In this document: one piece after another, positions 25,401-36,274 of the stretch
How the letters are laid out: each line of letters starts with the position of its first letter
How positions within the stretch are numbered: position 1 is the first letter of the stretch
Origin: Callorhinchus milii
Lineage: Eukaryota
DNA length: 64,000 bases
Assembly: GCF_018977255.1 (NCBI RefSeq)
Contig: NW_024704742.1
Location: forward strand, 64,420,001 to 64,484,000
Reading direction: 5' to 3'
Program-made: the position numbers and the translations under genes
The notes under the pieces: generated by a model
Databases searched by the model: none
What the model saw: the letters and a program-made list of their open reading frames with translations, nothing else
What the model was told of the DNA's origin: nothing

Positions 25401-28400
25401 GGTTCAATTCCAGGCAGACAGGGCGAAACCTTGGGCAAGTTTCCTTACTCCACACAGAGCCTAATAATAATCCCTCCAAAACCCAAAACAATAATAAATT
25501 GGTCATTTTCAATCTACGACTGTTTGTGGGACATTGATGTGCGCAATTGGCTGCCGCGTTCGCCCACAAATATACAGTCAATTCACTTTACAGTGTGTTC
25601 TGTGAAGCGCTTTGGGACGTCCTCCCGACGTGAAAAGCGCTATATCAAATGCAAGGATTATTATTATTGCTGTTTGTGAGACATTGCTATGCTCAAATTG
25701 GTTGCTACATCCACCAACGAAATAGACACTGTTACATCACTTTACTGTAAATCCTAAGTTTAGAGATGTCTCGACAATGTAATAAGGTGCTATATCAAAT
25801 GCAAGGATTATTATTATTACAAACAGCCAGGAGGTGATTGATCAATTTAACTGGAGGATTGTTGACCGGGACTTTGGGAAAAATTCTCCTCCCCTTTCCA
25901 ATAATGTCATGGATTTTTTAACATTCATCTGAACAGGTGGGACCTCAATTTCATATTGCAGAGTTACTTATCAATTTGTGGAAGCACACCTCTAAGGTTG
26001 GATCTATTGAGTAAGAAAACTAAACAATATTGTTGATTGGAAACTAGCTGTTGAATCAAGTAAAGGAAAATATCCATTTACATCACATCCATTTGAATTT
26101 GCCGTTAAAAACGTTTAATTTTAAACAGGACATTTTTATAATAATAATCCGTGCATTTGATATAGCACCTTATCACATCATTCCGATATCTCAAAGTGCT
26201 TTACAAGATGTACTGTAAAGTGTCCAACAATTCTGTGTATTTTGTGGGTGAAACGTGGCAGCCAATTGCACACAGCAGTGTCCCACAAACAGTCGTGGAT
26301 TGATATACCACCCAAAACTTTTGAGGGATTATTAATGGAAAATGATCCTCCAATCGACTAGCAACCGAGTTCCTGTTTACTGCTAGGTAAACAGGCGTGC
26401 GGAGTAAGGAAACTTGCCTAAGGTTTCGCTCTGCCCGGCAATTAAAACTAGGTCCTCTTGCTTGCGAGGTGAGCACGCCAACTACTACACTACAGGACTC
26501 CGTCATAAGATAATGACATGTAGGATTATTGGGATAGGCTTGAAAAATTACATCTGTTTCAATGGGCACAGAGGTGTTTCAGAGGAGATCAAATGGAGAT
26601 CTTCAAAACTCTGAACCATTTCGAGAGCATTTCAGTTTGAAAAGAGAAACAAAATATAGTTCATAAAAAGAACTATAGAAAAACAGCTTCTAAAGTAGGA
26701 CGGAATTTAAAAATCTTGCAAACTTTCACACAACTTGAGTATTTAAGAATACAGCCTTTAGGCTGAGACTGCAAGAAATTTCAGGCCTCGGATTCCAGGA
26801 CACATTTCTCAGAAGAGGACTCGCTGAAACGAAAATTGTTAGGTGTTTTCATTGACTGTTTCTTTTTGTAGCATTCAGTATGGTATTTGACTGTTCCAGA
26901 CAAAAACTAAACATCGTTGCTTTCTCAAGATGCATGTTTGTTACTTACCAGTCTCACAGTGTAGGCCTTCATACTTCTCTGAACAGATACATCTGTAGGT
27001 GTCCTGTCCAGGAAAATCAATACAGAATCCATTGTTTTCACAGATAACGTTTTCACAAAATTCTGAAAAAAAATTGCCAAATGAATACAGTCTCCTTTAA
27101 AAAGTTGAGGGTTTAAGCCCCTTGTTGGGACTTTGAATTCACATAGTATAAAGTATTTAAACTGTCCTTGTCTCTTACAATCCTAAATCGGATGACCCTC
27201 CAGTGTAGCTCTGGGGTGTGCTGTATTGTTGGATGTGCCATCCTTCAAATTGGACATTAAACCGAGGTCCTGTCTGTGCCTGTCCCATGACACTTCTCAA
27301 AAGGAGAAGAGAGTTTCTCCTGGTATCCTGGCAATCAATCCTCCAAATAAAGTTGGTCATTCATTTCATGCCTGCTTGTGGGACACTGCTGTGTGCAAAT
27401 TGGCTGCCGTGTTCATCCAAAAAATTCACACAGTGGATATACACAAGTATATCCTGTAAAGCACTTTGAGATGTCTCAACCACATGATAAGGCACTAGTG
27501 TATATCAACTGCAAATGATACTCAATTACTATTGTGAAGATTGTCTCAATAACATATCCTGCTGCTGATGAAATCTTTAAACCACTCAAACAGGCAGACA
27601 GAACCTTTGTTTTCATATCCAAAGGGCTGCAGCCCCAACTATGCAGTGCTCCCTCAGCATTATAGTGTTAATCTAGACTGTATGAGTTCTGAAGTCCTAA
27701 CATGGGGCTTGAACCCACACCTTTCTGAGGTGAGAGTGCCACCAACTGAGCCAGGCTGACGCACGACAGCCAATTTTGTAATTGTCTTAAATTCAAAGTG
27801 GAATTTCAAGCCCCAGGAAACAAATTACACATTCAGCCAAATATCAAATGCAAGGATTATTATTTTATTATTATAAATGTCTGACTGAAGATACTGGAAC
27901 TGAAACGTTTTACCTGTTGATATCAGCACTGAGTCTTTGCAAAAGCCCCTCAAAAGATCAGCATCAAAGTCAGGTGTAGTGGCACACCTGAAATAGAGAG
28001 CAACAGATTGGGCTTCTCATGCTTCCAGAACCCCACCCTACCATCTCCCCAGTCACATCAAGCTACTTATTAAATGAATCCCAGTGCCCTCTCCTCTACA
28101 ACTTTTCCTGGCAGCCTGTTTGAGTCATTGATTATGCTAAGCAAACCTTCCTGGTTTCTGTCCTGAGATTGCGCTTTACAACTCAAAACTGATGTTCTCT
28201 TGTTCTTCTCTCTTGTCGCATCTTAAATTGATCTGGGTTTATTTTCCCAATTCCATTTACAATTTTGTACATCTTTATGAGATCCCCACTGTCTGTTCTC
28301 AAGACCGAAGAGCCTTAGCTTGTCTCGCCATTGCTCATAGCTTATAGCTCATTCCTTTAACACCAAGGATCATCCTCATTGCTCTACTCTACAGGAGCAA

Positions 28401-31400
28401 TTTCTCACCATTAGAAACTATCTGAGCCAGATACGCAGGTATGTATAAAAGTGAAATAAACTGTGCTAGCAATGGAGACAACACTGACAGCTAACTGGAA
28501 ATGTATTTTTTGACTTTTGGATAGCCAAGAAAGCAGAGGAGAGAGATTTTTTTTAACACAATACCAGTGTAAAGAGTATTAGAAATTGAGCAAAAAGCAT
28601 ACAATTAATTGCTACACATCTCAGAGGGGGTATTTGTCCTCATTGAGATGTGGGAAGAGATATATTTCTAAGAGAAAATGTTTAATAACTTTTTAGGAAG
28701 CTATGCATATGCTTACCATGTTTCACCAATGTACTTGTCCATTATACACTTGTGGTGTAGCTTCCCATCATAACGGAAAGGAAACACACAGTGGTAGCCC
28801 TCTTTTGTCAAGACTGAATAAATAAGATACATATAATTTGTAATATTCAACTGCAGGGCAACATATCCCTTAATTGCAGAAAATGCTTAATCCACACATG
28901 CAATCTCTCCCAATGATTAGCATCTCTGCTTCACCAGTTAGATATCTCAAATTATACAGTAATAATAAATAATATTCACATTTAGTATAAAGTAATATCT
29001 AGGTTGCACTTTGTTGCCATACCCACTTGTTTGGGACCTCCTAAATTCTTTACCTTGTAGTAAGCAGACAAAGGTCTTGTTCATTCCATCATTCCATCAT
29101 TCACCACGAGGTGAAACTGAGTTAGAAATTCCCACATCCTCCCGAGTCTAGATTCACTCCATTTTATGTAACATTTTAGAGAGTCCAAAATGCAGCAATT
29201 TGTTGAATTCAGCTTTAAAGTTGAAGTTGGTTTTCTGCATGGCTTGACTCAGTTGATAGCACTCTCGCCTATGAGTCAGATGGTTGTGCATTCAAGCCTT
29301 GAACTTGCAGTCTAAGGTGACACTTCGATGCAATGCTCAGGGTGTGTTGCATTATCAGAGGTGCTGTCCTTCGGATGAGACATTAAACTAAAGTCCCGTC
29401 AGCCAGATTGGGTGGATGTTAAAGATCCCAAGGCACTACTAGAAAAATGAATGGTAGTTTCTCCTGGTGTCCTGGCCATTAATCACTTAAAAGAAAAAAT
29501 TGGTCATTTGTTTCTTGGCTGTTCGTCGAACATTGTTGTCAGCAATTGGGCTGTCTACAAATACACAGTCACTCCACTTCATAGTAAATCTGTGAAGCAC
29601 TTTGAGATGTACTCTCCAACCTCCCTTTCCTTTCCAAGGTCTTGGAATGAGTCGTTGCTTCGCTCTTTCCTCTCCCGCCCCGCCCTGCACGAACCCCTCC
29701 AATCGGTTTTCCGTGACGCCCACAGCACAGAAACAGCCCTGGTCAAAGTGCCAAATGACATTCTGTCCATCTGCAACCAGGGCTCCCTCTGCCTTCTCGC
29801 CCTCCTTGACCTCTCTGCTGCCTCCAATACCATCGGTCACTCTATTCACCTCCACCGTCTCTCCTCTCACCTCAACCTTCAAGGCTCTATCCTTGACTGG
29901 TTCAGATCGTACCTCTCACACCGCCTCCACTTCATCTCCACAAATGGCTTCTCCTCTTGTCCTCGCACTGTCTCGTGTGGCGTTCCTCAGGGCTCTGTCC
30001 TTGGTCCCCTCCTCTTCAATATCTATATGCTCCCTCTCGGTGACATCATCCGCAGACATGGGGTCAACTTCCACAGGTATGCGGATGACACCCAACTCTA
30101 CCTCTCTGCCTTCACCCTTGACTCCAGAACCACTGCTGTCCTGACAGAATGTCTGTCAGACATCAAGTCCCGGATGAGAGCTAATTTTCCTTAGTTGAAC
30201 GACCGAAGCTCTCCTGATTGGCTCCCATCAGTACCTCCACACCTCAGGTACTGACAGCATCACCATCCATGGTTGCACACTCCACCTCACTAAGACAGTC
30301 TGGAACCTTTGCATCTTGTTTGACCCTCAATTATCCTTTCTACTCCACATCCATGCCATGACCCACTCTGCCTTCCCCCACCTCCGCAACGTCGCCCGGA
30401 TCCACCACTGTCTCACACCGCAGGCCTCCGAAACCCTCATACACATTCATAACATCCTGGCTTGACTATGCAAACTCCCTGCTTGTTGGCCTCCCCAACT
30501 CCTCCCTCCATAGGCTGCAAATCATCCAGAACTCTGCAGCCCGTGTCCTCTCCAGCAACAGACTCCACGACCCTATCACCCCCATCCTCGCCCGACTCCA
30601 CTGGCCTCCCATCACACAGAGCAAACAGTTCAAGATCCTGGTTCTCACCTTCAAAGCCCTCCATGGTCTTGCTCCCCCCTACCTCTGCGACCTCCTAAAT
30701 GCCTAACAACCTGCCTTCTCTCCACTCAGCAGGCGCCGACCTGCTTCATGTGCTCCGCCTCGCTCGCCCCACTCTGCCACTCTGCCCCCAACCTCTGGAA
30801 CTCCATCCTGCAGTCCCACCACCTCGCCCCCTCCCTTGCCTCCTTCAAGACCCGTCTGAAGACCCTGCTCTTCGATTGTATAAATGACATAATACGAAAA
30901 ACACATGTAATATATGGAATAATCAAATATGTAAAACATTCTGATTAGCATTACTTACGTTGCCTTTGGCAATGTTGACCTTTAATGGGATTTCCCAAAG
31001 TGCTATGTGTAACATTGAGAGGAATTTTTGTCTGGTACAGTAGTATGCAATCTCCTACCTTTGATATTGTAAGTATTATCATATTCATTTGGATCTTCTA
31101 TATTTTCCTGATATTTTGTTTGAAAGTACTTATCACTCGATGCTGGGTTTACCTTAATAAAAAGTACAAACAAAGGTTAAAATGCAATAAGGAATCCACT
31201 GTAACAGGTATTTTAACACGGGAACTCTGCTCTGGAATTAGTTTGTCTCAGAATGGGGTTCCCATGTGTTAACACGACGTGCTTCCTGGAAGGAGTTCCC
31301 ATTTACCCAATTTATATTGTAAAGTACTGTAGCTCAGTGGTTAGAGCACTCGCTTCGCAAGCGAGAGTTTGATTCCCGGTAGAGGGAAATGTTGGCAAAG

Positions 31401-33057
31401 TTTCCTTACTCTACACGCCTCTGTTTACCTAGCAGTAAGTAGGAACCAGGTTGTTAATTGATTGGTGGATCACTTTCCCGGGGGTAATAATTCATTCAAA
31501 AAAATAATAGAATAATAAATTGGTCATTCAATCCACAACTGTTTGTGGGACAATGCTGTGCGCAATTGGCTGCCACGTTTCCCCCACAAAATATACAGTC
31601 AATTCACTTTACAGTATATTCTGTGAAGCGCTTTGAGACGTCTCACAGACGTTAATAAGCTGCTATATCAAAAGCAAGGATTATTATTATTATTCCTTGT
31701 GGAGTCCTGTAGCTCAGTGGTTAGAGCACTCGCTTTGCAAGTGCTCTAATAATCCCTCCAAAACCAAAAACAATAATAAATTGGTCATTTTCAATCTAAG
31801 ACTGTTTGTGGGACATTGCTGTGCGCAATTGGCTGCCGCGTTCGCCCACAAATTTACAGTCAATTCACTTTACAGTGTGTTCTGTGAAGTGCTTTGGGAC
31901 GTCCTTCCAACGTGAAAAGCGCTATATCAAATGCAAGGATTATTATTATTATTATTGCTAAAGAACCCTCTAAAGAAATTATGCAAATCAGACAGCACTG
32001 TTTCATACTTGTGATGTCAGGCATTTTATATGTTTAGAAATAATTATACTTCTTAAAAACTTGAATACATTCTTATAAATTGGTCTGACTAGGGATAAAT
32101 CAAGTGTTATTTAACATTTCCAAACAAAGGCTTTGGCAATTATAATTGAAACACAAAATATTATCATTGCTGTATAGAAACTAAAGTCAGAGCTGGTATG
32201 TTACTTTGAAGCCAGTGATAGTGCTACTGTCAATTCAATGTTGATATTACTGTTGGTCCAGTGCTGATACAATATTACTCTCAGGCTGATGTTGCTGTCA
32301 GGAAGATGTTACTAAGACTTTGTCAATGAAGTGTTGCAGATTACCACTAGCTCATCGACGTTAATTGTTACCCTAGTAACAATTTGACTTTCACAAACAC
32401 TGATCCATGAAAATCTTTGAATATTGAACGTACTGCAGCCCCTGTACCCGACTTATCCAATGCAAAAAAAATTTTTTACGAACAGGTTAGCAATAGCCAA
32501 AGTTTGCAAACACTGCCAAGTTACCCGTTGCAAGGCGGAGGTATTGAGGCAGAGACTTTTGGTTTACTTTTGTTTACCAGGAGTCTTTCCCCCGCTCTAT
32601 CTTTAAATGCTGCATAAAAACCTAGTTCTTTGATTACACATACTATCACCTCTCCCCTCCTGCTTTACTCAATACCTGTCTCCATCTTGTGAAATGCTCT
32701 GAGACCCATTATCCTTGTGAGAAATACGGATATCACACTGAGAAAAGCAGCATATTAGGCCACTTTGTCTCCTGTTCTGGATCCCGCTTACCAGAGGGAA
32801 GGATCATTCCCTATCTAATTTGTGAATTCTCTTATTTATTTTAAGCACCTCAGAAAATCACCCCTTAATCTCATCAATACTAGGCAGTATAATCCAAGTT
32901 TACCATCATAACTAATTTCCACAACTAATTTCCAGATATGGTAGAAATGCCAGACACCGTATAAAAAGATAGGAAAAGATTTGTCGAAAAATACCAAAAA
33001 TAATGTTACCTTGTTTGCAAAATAAAATGCAAGTAAAACTAGCTTGTGTGGATGCAT
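791..33057 (-). CDS. HGFAC: HGF activator (HGFAC)/factor XII-family gene, partial (3' protease exons lie beyond the left edge); FN2-EGF-FN1-EGF-kringle-EGF-FN1-EGF-kringle-protease
   Basis: 13 core exons with AG/GT boundaries and compatible phases splice into one open frame, plus 2 tentative 5' exons. Motifs match HGFAC (LAAIYxGDxFCxGxLxxx[27 protein letters not shown]). Lies downstream of RGS12 on the same strand, as in mammals. Symbol denotes the family/locus; may be a paralog. Confidence 0.85.
2110..2720. mobile_element. Cluster of short L2 3'-end fragments
   Basis: Similar to the purine-rich L2 3' regions elsewhere; caacaacaacttgtatttatagtg tail at about 2514-2540. Confidence 0.55.
3291..3380. 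repeat. AT-only 30-bp tandem duplication with adjacent 16-bp inverted repeat
   Basis: tattatttataaaataatattattttatta twice (3291-3350); tattttattatattat (3341-3356) is the reverse complement of 3365-3380. Confidence 0.85.
3394..3488 (-). CDS. HGFAC-like exon: kringle 2 second half ([31 protein letters not shown])
   Basis: Polypyrimidine tract + tag acceptor, gtaagt donor, 95 nt; NPD/PWCY/W.YC kringle motifs. Confidence 0.95.
5903..6451 (+). mobile_element. Possible solo LTR
   Basis: About 550 bp, interrupts a CR1-like fragment; TATAAA near 6265, AATAAA at 6371, ends ...ttcgaCA. The 5' TG end and TSD are not clean. Confidence 0.35.
6574..6748 (-). CDS. HGFAC-like exon: kringle 2 first half ([59 protein letters not shown])
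   Basis: 175 nt, phase 1-2; CY..NG..Y.G, C..W and GLG.H.FCR motifs. Confidence 0.95.
7722..7832 (-). CDS. HGFAC-like exon: EGF domain 4 ([37 protein letters not shown])
   Basis: ttccag acceptor, gtatgt donor, 111 nt, phase 1-1; six-Cys EGF spacing. Not in the supplied ORF track. Confidence 0.93.
7961..8770 (-). mobile_element. L2 LINE 3' fragment, relatively young
   Basis: ORF 8184-8786: [32 protein letters not shown]; (ttg)n tail at 7961-7980. Confidence 0.92.
9301..9432 (-). CDS. HGFAC-like exon: fibronectin type I domain 2 ([44 protein letters not shown])
   Basis: 132 nt, phase 1-1; CFD...GESW.R...CxC....C with all four Cys. Confidence 0.93.
9700..10270 (+). mobile_element. Degenerate L2 3' fragment
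   Basis: [12 protein letters not shown] and LHWFP motifs. Confidence 0.8.
10751..10976 (+). repeat. 21-bp minisatellite (ggtggcagtgtgtgtggcggt), about 11 perfect copies
   Basis: Direct inspection; source of the low-complexity PPPPHTL/GGGGSVC ORFs. Confidence 0.97.
11255..11368 (-). CDS. HGFAC-like exon: EGF domain 3 ([38 protein letters not shown])
   Basis: 114 nt, phase 1-1, cag/gtatgg boundaries; canonical EGF Cys pattern. Confidence 0.94.
11480..13420 (+). mobile_element. 5'-truncated CR1 LINE RT region interrupted by an L2 fragment
   Basis: DVVYMDFQ | [11 protein letters not shown] split by the insertion; [26 protein letters not shown]; attctatgattctatga tail. Confidence 0.92.
11778..12270 (-). 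mobile_element. L2 LINE 3' fragment nested in CR1
   Basis: [26 protein letters not shown] motif; (ttg)n tail; tcaaaa flanks both junctions. Confidence 0.88.
18235..18730 (-). mobile_element. L2 3' fragment
   Basis: [35 protein letters not shown]; ttg tail. Confidence 0.88.
19207..19301 (-). CDS. HGFAC-like exon: kringle 1 second half ([31 protein letters not shown])
   Basis: 95 nt, ttgcag acceptor, gtgagt donor; kringle motifs. Confidence 0.95.
19750..20585 (-). mobile_element. L2 3' fragment
   Basis: [25 protein letters not shown] motifs; ttg tail. Confidence 0.85.
21258..21432 (-). CDS. HGFAC-like exon: kringle 1 first half ([59 protein letters not shown])
   Basis: 175 nt, phase 1-2; CY...G..YRG and LGLG.H.FCR motifs. 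Confidence 0.94.
21917..22027 (-). CDS. HGFAC-like exon: EGF domain 2 ([37 protein letters not shown])
   Basis: 111 nt, phase 1-1, ttccag/gtatgg; six Cys. Confidence 0.93.
22325..23800. mobile_element. Non-autonomous TIR (MITE-like) element with nested L2 and a unique internal insert
   Basis: Inverted ends cgggtgtctaacacgtg (22342-22358) and catgtgtcagacacccg (23767-23783); related arms at about 7900-7958 plus 8775-8900, 34070-34420, 38400-38560, 50730-50895 and 62333-62498. Confidence 0.6.
22410..23030 (-). mobile_element. L2 3' fragment nested in a TIR element
   Basis: Same sequence family as 7961-8770, with L2 tail at the left end. Confidence 0.85.
23884..24015 (-). CDS. HGFAC-like exon: fibronectin type I domain 1 ([44 protein letters not shown])
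   Basis: 132 nt, phase 1-1; EKCF...GETW.R motif; only 2 of 4 Cys. Confidence 0.9.
25347..25668 (+). mobile_element. Full-length young tRNA-derived Deu-domain SINE with L2-like tail (representative copy)
   Basis: Head with A box tagctcagtggttagagc and B box ggttcaattcc; core tgtttgtgggacattg.tgtgcgcaattggctgccgcg; tail aagcgctatatcaaatgcaagg(att)n. Other near-complete copies: 1659-2027(+), 19414-19740(+), 31699-31956(+), 45535-45850(+), 55945-56277(+), 37425-37743(-), 48797-49111(-), 60150-60467(-). Confidence 0.93.
26949..27062 (-). CDS. HGFAC-like exon: EGF domain 1 ([38 protein letters not shown])
   Basis: 114 nt, tttttcag acceptor, gtaagt donor; six Cys. Confidence 0.93.
27914..27987 (-). 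CDS. HGFAC-like exon: fibronectin type II domain second half ([25 protein letters not shown])
   Basis: 74 nt, phase 2-1; WCATT..FD.D...GFC motif. Confidence 0.92.
28717..28813 (-). CDS. HGFAC-like exon: fibronectin type II domain first half ([32 protein letters not shown])
   Basis: 97 nt, phase 1-2, attcag/gtaagc; C.FPF.Y.G....C motif. Confidence 0.93.
29240..29610 (+). mobile_element. Older full-Deu-domain SINE (AmnSINE1/SacSINE1-like; representative copy)
   Basis: ggtgctgtccttcggatgagacattaaac...aaagatcccaaggcact...ggtgtcctggcca core. Also at about 5370-5850(+), 15740-16120(-), 27200-27510(+), 33440-33780, 42160-42520(-), 43965-44360(-). Confidence 0.75.
29620..30880 (+). mobile_element. 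L2 RT fragment
   Basis: [41 protein letters not shown]. Confidence 0.92.
30959..31031 (-). CDS. Tentative exon 2 of the HGFAC-like gene ([24 protein letters not shown])
   Basis: Strong gtaagt donor, cag acceptor, 73 nt, phase 0-1, which links tentative exon 1 to the FN2 exon in frame; no recognisable motif. Confidence 0.4.
31325..31695 (+). mobile_element. Longer subfamily of the same SINE (representative copy)
   Basis: Carries an extra internal block gcctctgtttacctagcagtaagtaggaacc...gattggtggatc. Also at about 200-480(-), 1060-1370(-), 2980-3275(-), 7243-7610(-), 14318-14647(-), 24680-25030(+), 26140-26500(-), 41590-41900(+), 50170-50390(-). Confidence 0.88.
33010..33057 (-). CDS. Tentative first coding exon, signal-peptide-like ([16 protein letters not shown])
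   Basis: ATG in acaccATG context, short hydrophobic core, phase-0 gtaaca donor. Confidence 0.4.
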
Positions 33058-35599
33058 GGTGTCCAAATTGCCTTAATCCAACTGCTTTGGGATTTTTTTA
33101 AACTTCAATTGCTTTTATAAGTTCTCATCTGAAGCTTTGCAGATTGCCATTGGCTCATCAATCCTGGCCGGTAGTTAATGTGAACAGGTTTACCCTCATT
33201 CAGTCTGACGTTTTTACCTATTGGTGTTGTTGAATATAACATTTGCCCGTTTCTTTCATCCAGTTGATAAGTGATGAAGCTACAGGAAAAAAAAGCAATT
33301 GTAAGTGAATCATTGTAAGTTTATTTGGATTTGTTCAATGTTTCATCTTCAAGAAGCAACAGTTATGATAGGGAAGAAATTACTTGAGCAACTCACAGTG
33401 GCTGGTTAACAATTCCCTAAGAAAGATTTGTTATCATTATCTTAGCCGTCGTAGTCCACTTCAAGACTGTTTCTGGGGCATTGCTGTGACAAATGGCTGC
33501 CAAGTTCACCTACAAAATACATAGTCACTACACTTTAGAGTAAGCACTCCCTTCTTTTCCCTGCCATCGGATCTTTAATGTTCACCTGGACAGACACATG
33601 GGATCTTGGTTTAAAGTATCATCCGAAGAACGTCACCTACAACAATGCACCACTATAGCATTGTATTGAAAGATCAACCAAGACTGTATGGGTTCCAAAT
33701 CACCAATTATAGGTTTGAACCCATACCCTTCTGACTCAGAGGCAAGAGTGATTCCATCTGAGCGAAGCTGACTTCAGCTCTGCATTTCCAACTGTTGCCA
33801 CAATGGAGAGATGTGTGTCTTGAGTTACAGACAGTGCTCTTATGCATTTCATCCTGAGTTGTGCTGCACTGAGTGTGAGGGAGTTCCTCATACCAACCAT
33901 CCACCTAATAAGGATTTAAACTTGCGCTTGTTGCATGTCTTGGATGTCAAACAAAGGACTAATGACTAACCTTCTTGATGGGGTGTGGGGGGGTTGGTGG
34001 GCCCTCCTTAGGACTGAATTGGTTCCAAGGTTTTATGCTGGGCAATGGAATGTTCAAATTAATGTAAACTCTGGGATCCCCAAGTCTCGTATCTCCACCT
34101 ACCTCCACCCTAATACTTTCCAGAATTGGATAAGCAGAATTTATCCCTCCATGGAGGGATTCCATTCCAGACACAGAGAAATTTTCATGCATAAGTGACA
34201 TGCATATGTAGAACACTCAGTCTGATTTTTAATTGTAATTTGAATGTAAATAAAATGATTTCTTGCCTCCTTCAAGGCCTTTCTCAAGACCTTCCTTTTT
34301 CGTCCTGCTCACATAAAGGCGCTACATAAATGAAATTTGTTGTTATTGGTTTGGATATTTCTAAGCGTGGTAATGGGCTTCCCCGTCTGTCAGATACCCA
34401 GCTGACAAAATAAAAATTGCAAGACAGGTGCTTTCACATCACTATTTTCTGTTCAGTTTAATATCAGTCAATATTTATTGTCTTATCCTGCAAATTCTTA
34501 TTGATTTCATTGTTTGTGTGGCAGAGTATGTTATAATGTCGAGAAACACATTTTAAATTTTTTAAAAAAGAAGCCTTAAAAGGTTGTTGAAATGGGTAGG
34601 AATAATTTCAGTGTAAAATAAAATGTTAATACAAAGTTGTGAAATTGAATAAACAGAATCCCAGTGGCTTTTACAACAATGTGCCATAGAGAAATAACTA
34701 CTTTGATCACTTTACTTTAGTTAATCTTGTAGTGCTCTTATAAGATGCAAAAATGCTATTTGTTTTAAAACTTTCATTCCTCTTTAATAAAATTTAATTT
34801 AATTAAAACTTTAATTCGTCATAAATTATTTTAGTTTGAATGAAATTAGAGTAATTTGCGTTAAAATTTCCATAAGTTAAAAATGGTTAAATAAAAATAT
34901 CACTCCAAAAATTTCCCTTGCTGTGTTGGGAATGCCACTGTTTCCACGCTGGCAACATTGACTTTGTTTATCCTCATATGGGAGAAGTGAACTGGCGGAA
35001 GGAAGTCAGCGAGCTTCTCTCATGGTTCAGTTGACATAAAACACTACAAGAGTTGAGGGCTTCCAATTTGCTCTTTGTTCACTTGTTTTCTGGTGAAGAA
35101 CAAACCCAGAGTCGAAAGAGCGGAGGCCATAGTCTTTGTGATAGATGTGGTTTCCAGCGCTATCAACATCACTGTTTAGCACAGAGGGAAAATTCAGCTC
35201 TGGGTTGCCTGCAGTAACAAGGAGTAAGGAATGTGAGATAGCGACCAACAGGTCCAACAGAGAGTTCATTAGGAACTCCTTTTTGCAGAAAGTGATGGGA
35301 ATGTGGAACTTGCTGCTGGAAGCTGTGGTTGAAACAAAAAGCAGCAATGTATTTAAGAGGAAACAATGCACACAAGGGAGAAAGGAATAGCGGGGATGAG
35401 TTGGAGGGGAGGCTTGTGTGGAACATAAACGGCAGCATTGAATAGTTGAGCCTAATGGCCTGTTTCTGTACTATAACTCGCTGTGTAATTAAAAATCAGC
35501 TGTCATATTGTGCAAGTCTGTGCACTATTAGAATAAAACACTCCTTTGGAAGATGTTCAATAGCAGAGGGAGTCAAGCTTCTAATGCAGTACAACACAA

Positions 35600-36022
35600 G
35601 TTACATTTGTATAGTGCCAGGCACTGGGGGGTCAGGATCAGGGAGGGTGGAGGGCAGGGAGAATAGGAGGGTGGCCGGACGCTCGGTCAAAGAGGAGGGT
35701 TTTGAGATGTGCCGTGATGGAGGCAAGGGAGGGAGCGAAGTGGGATGGAGTTCCATAGGGTACGGGGAGAAAGGCTGAAGGCCTGGCCGCTGATAGTGGA
35801 GCGGGCCTGGCGGGGACATGGAGCAGGTCGGAGCCTGTTGAGCAGTGGGAGCGGGCACTTGATATGAGATCAGCAGGTCGCAGAGGTAGGGAGGGGCAAG
35901 GCTGTGGAGGGCTTTGAAGGCGAGGACGAGGATTTTGAACTCTATCCTCCGGGGGATGGAGAGCCAGTGGAGCCGGGCGAGGGTGGGGGTGATTGGGTCA
36001 CGTAGCCTGGTGCGGGAGAGGA
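35600..36022 (-). mobile_element. L2 3' fragment
   Basis: LARLHWLSIPRRIEFKIL motif. Confidence 0.85.
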
Positions 36023-36274
36023 ATGCAAATGGCACTTAATAAACTGATGATATAATTTACACTGATGAATCACTTTCTCGTATCCATCATTTCATGTGAA
36101 GGACATGATCATTGATTTCACTGATTTTGGTTCATTCTGTTGCATTCCTGCAAAAATATGAGCAACTGTTTCCTGTGAACAGCAGTGTTCTGCTGTATTT
36201 CTTAAGGAAATGTGAATGAAAAACCATTCTTCGGGAAAACCACAGCATAATTGGAGTCTCCTCGCCAGAAAAAG

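Noticed and set aside
791..28813. Calling the gene F12 or PLAT (tPA)
   Set aside because: FN2 presence excludes tPA; LAAIY/CWV motifs, short kringle-protease linker and RGS12 adjacency favour the HGFAC lineage over F12.
29054..29084. Alternative first exon [10 protein letters not shown] with gtaaag donor in phase with FN2
   Set aside because: Too short for a signal peptide and preceded by an in-frame stop; weaker than the 33010-33057 candidate.
33218..33279. Candidate minus-strand exon with good acceptor (ttttcctgtag) upstream of the proposed ATG
   Set aside because: Open in only one frame with no motif or identifiable partner; may be a 5' UTR exon but cannot be supported.
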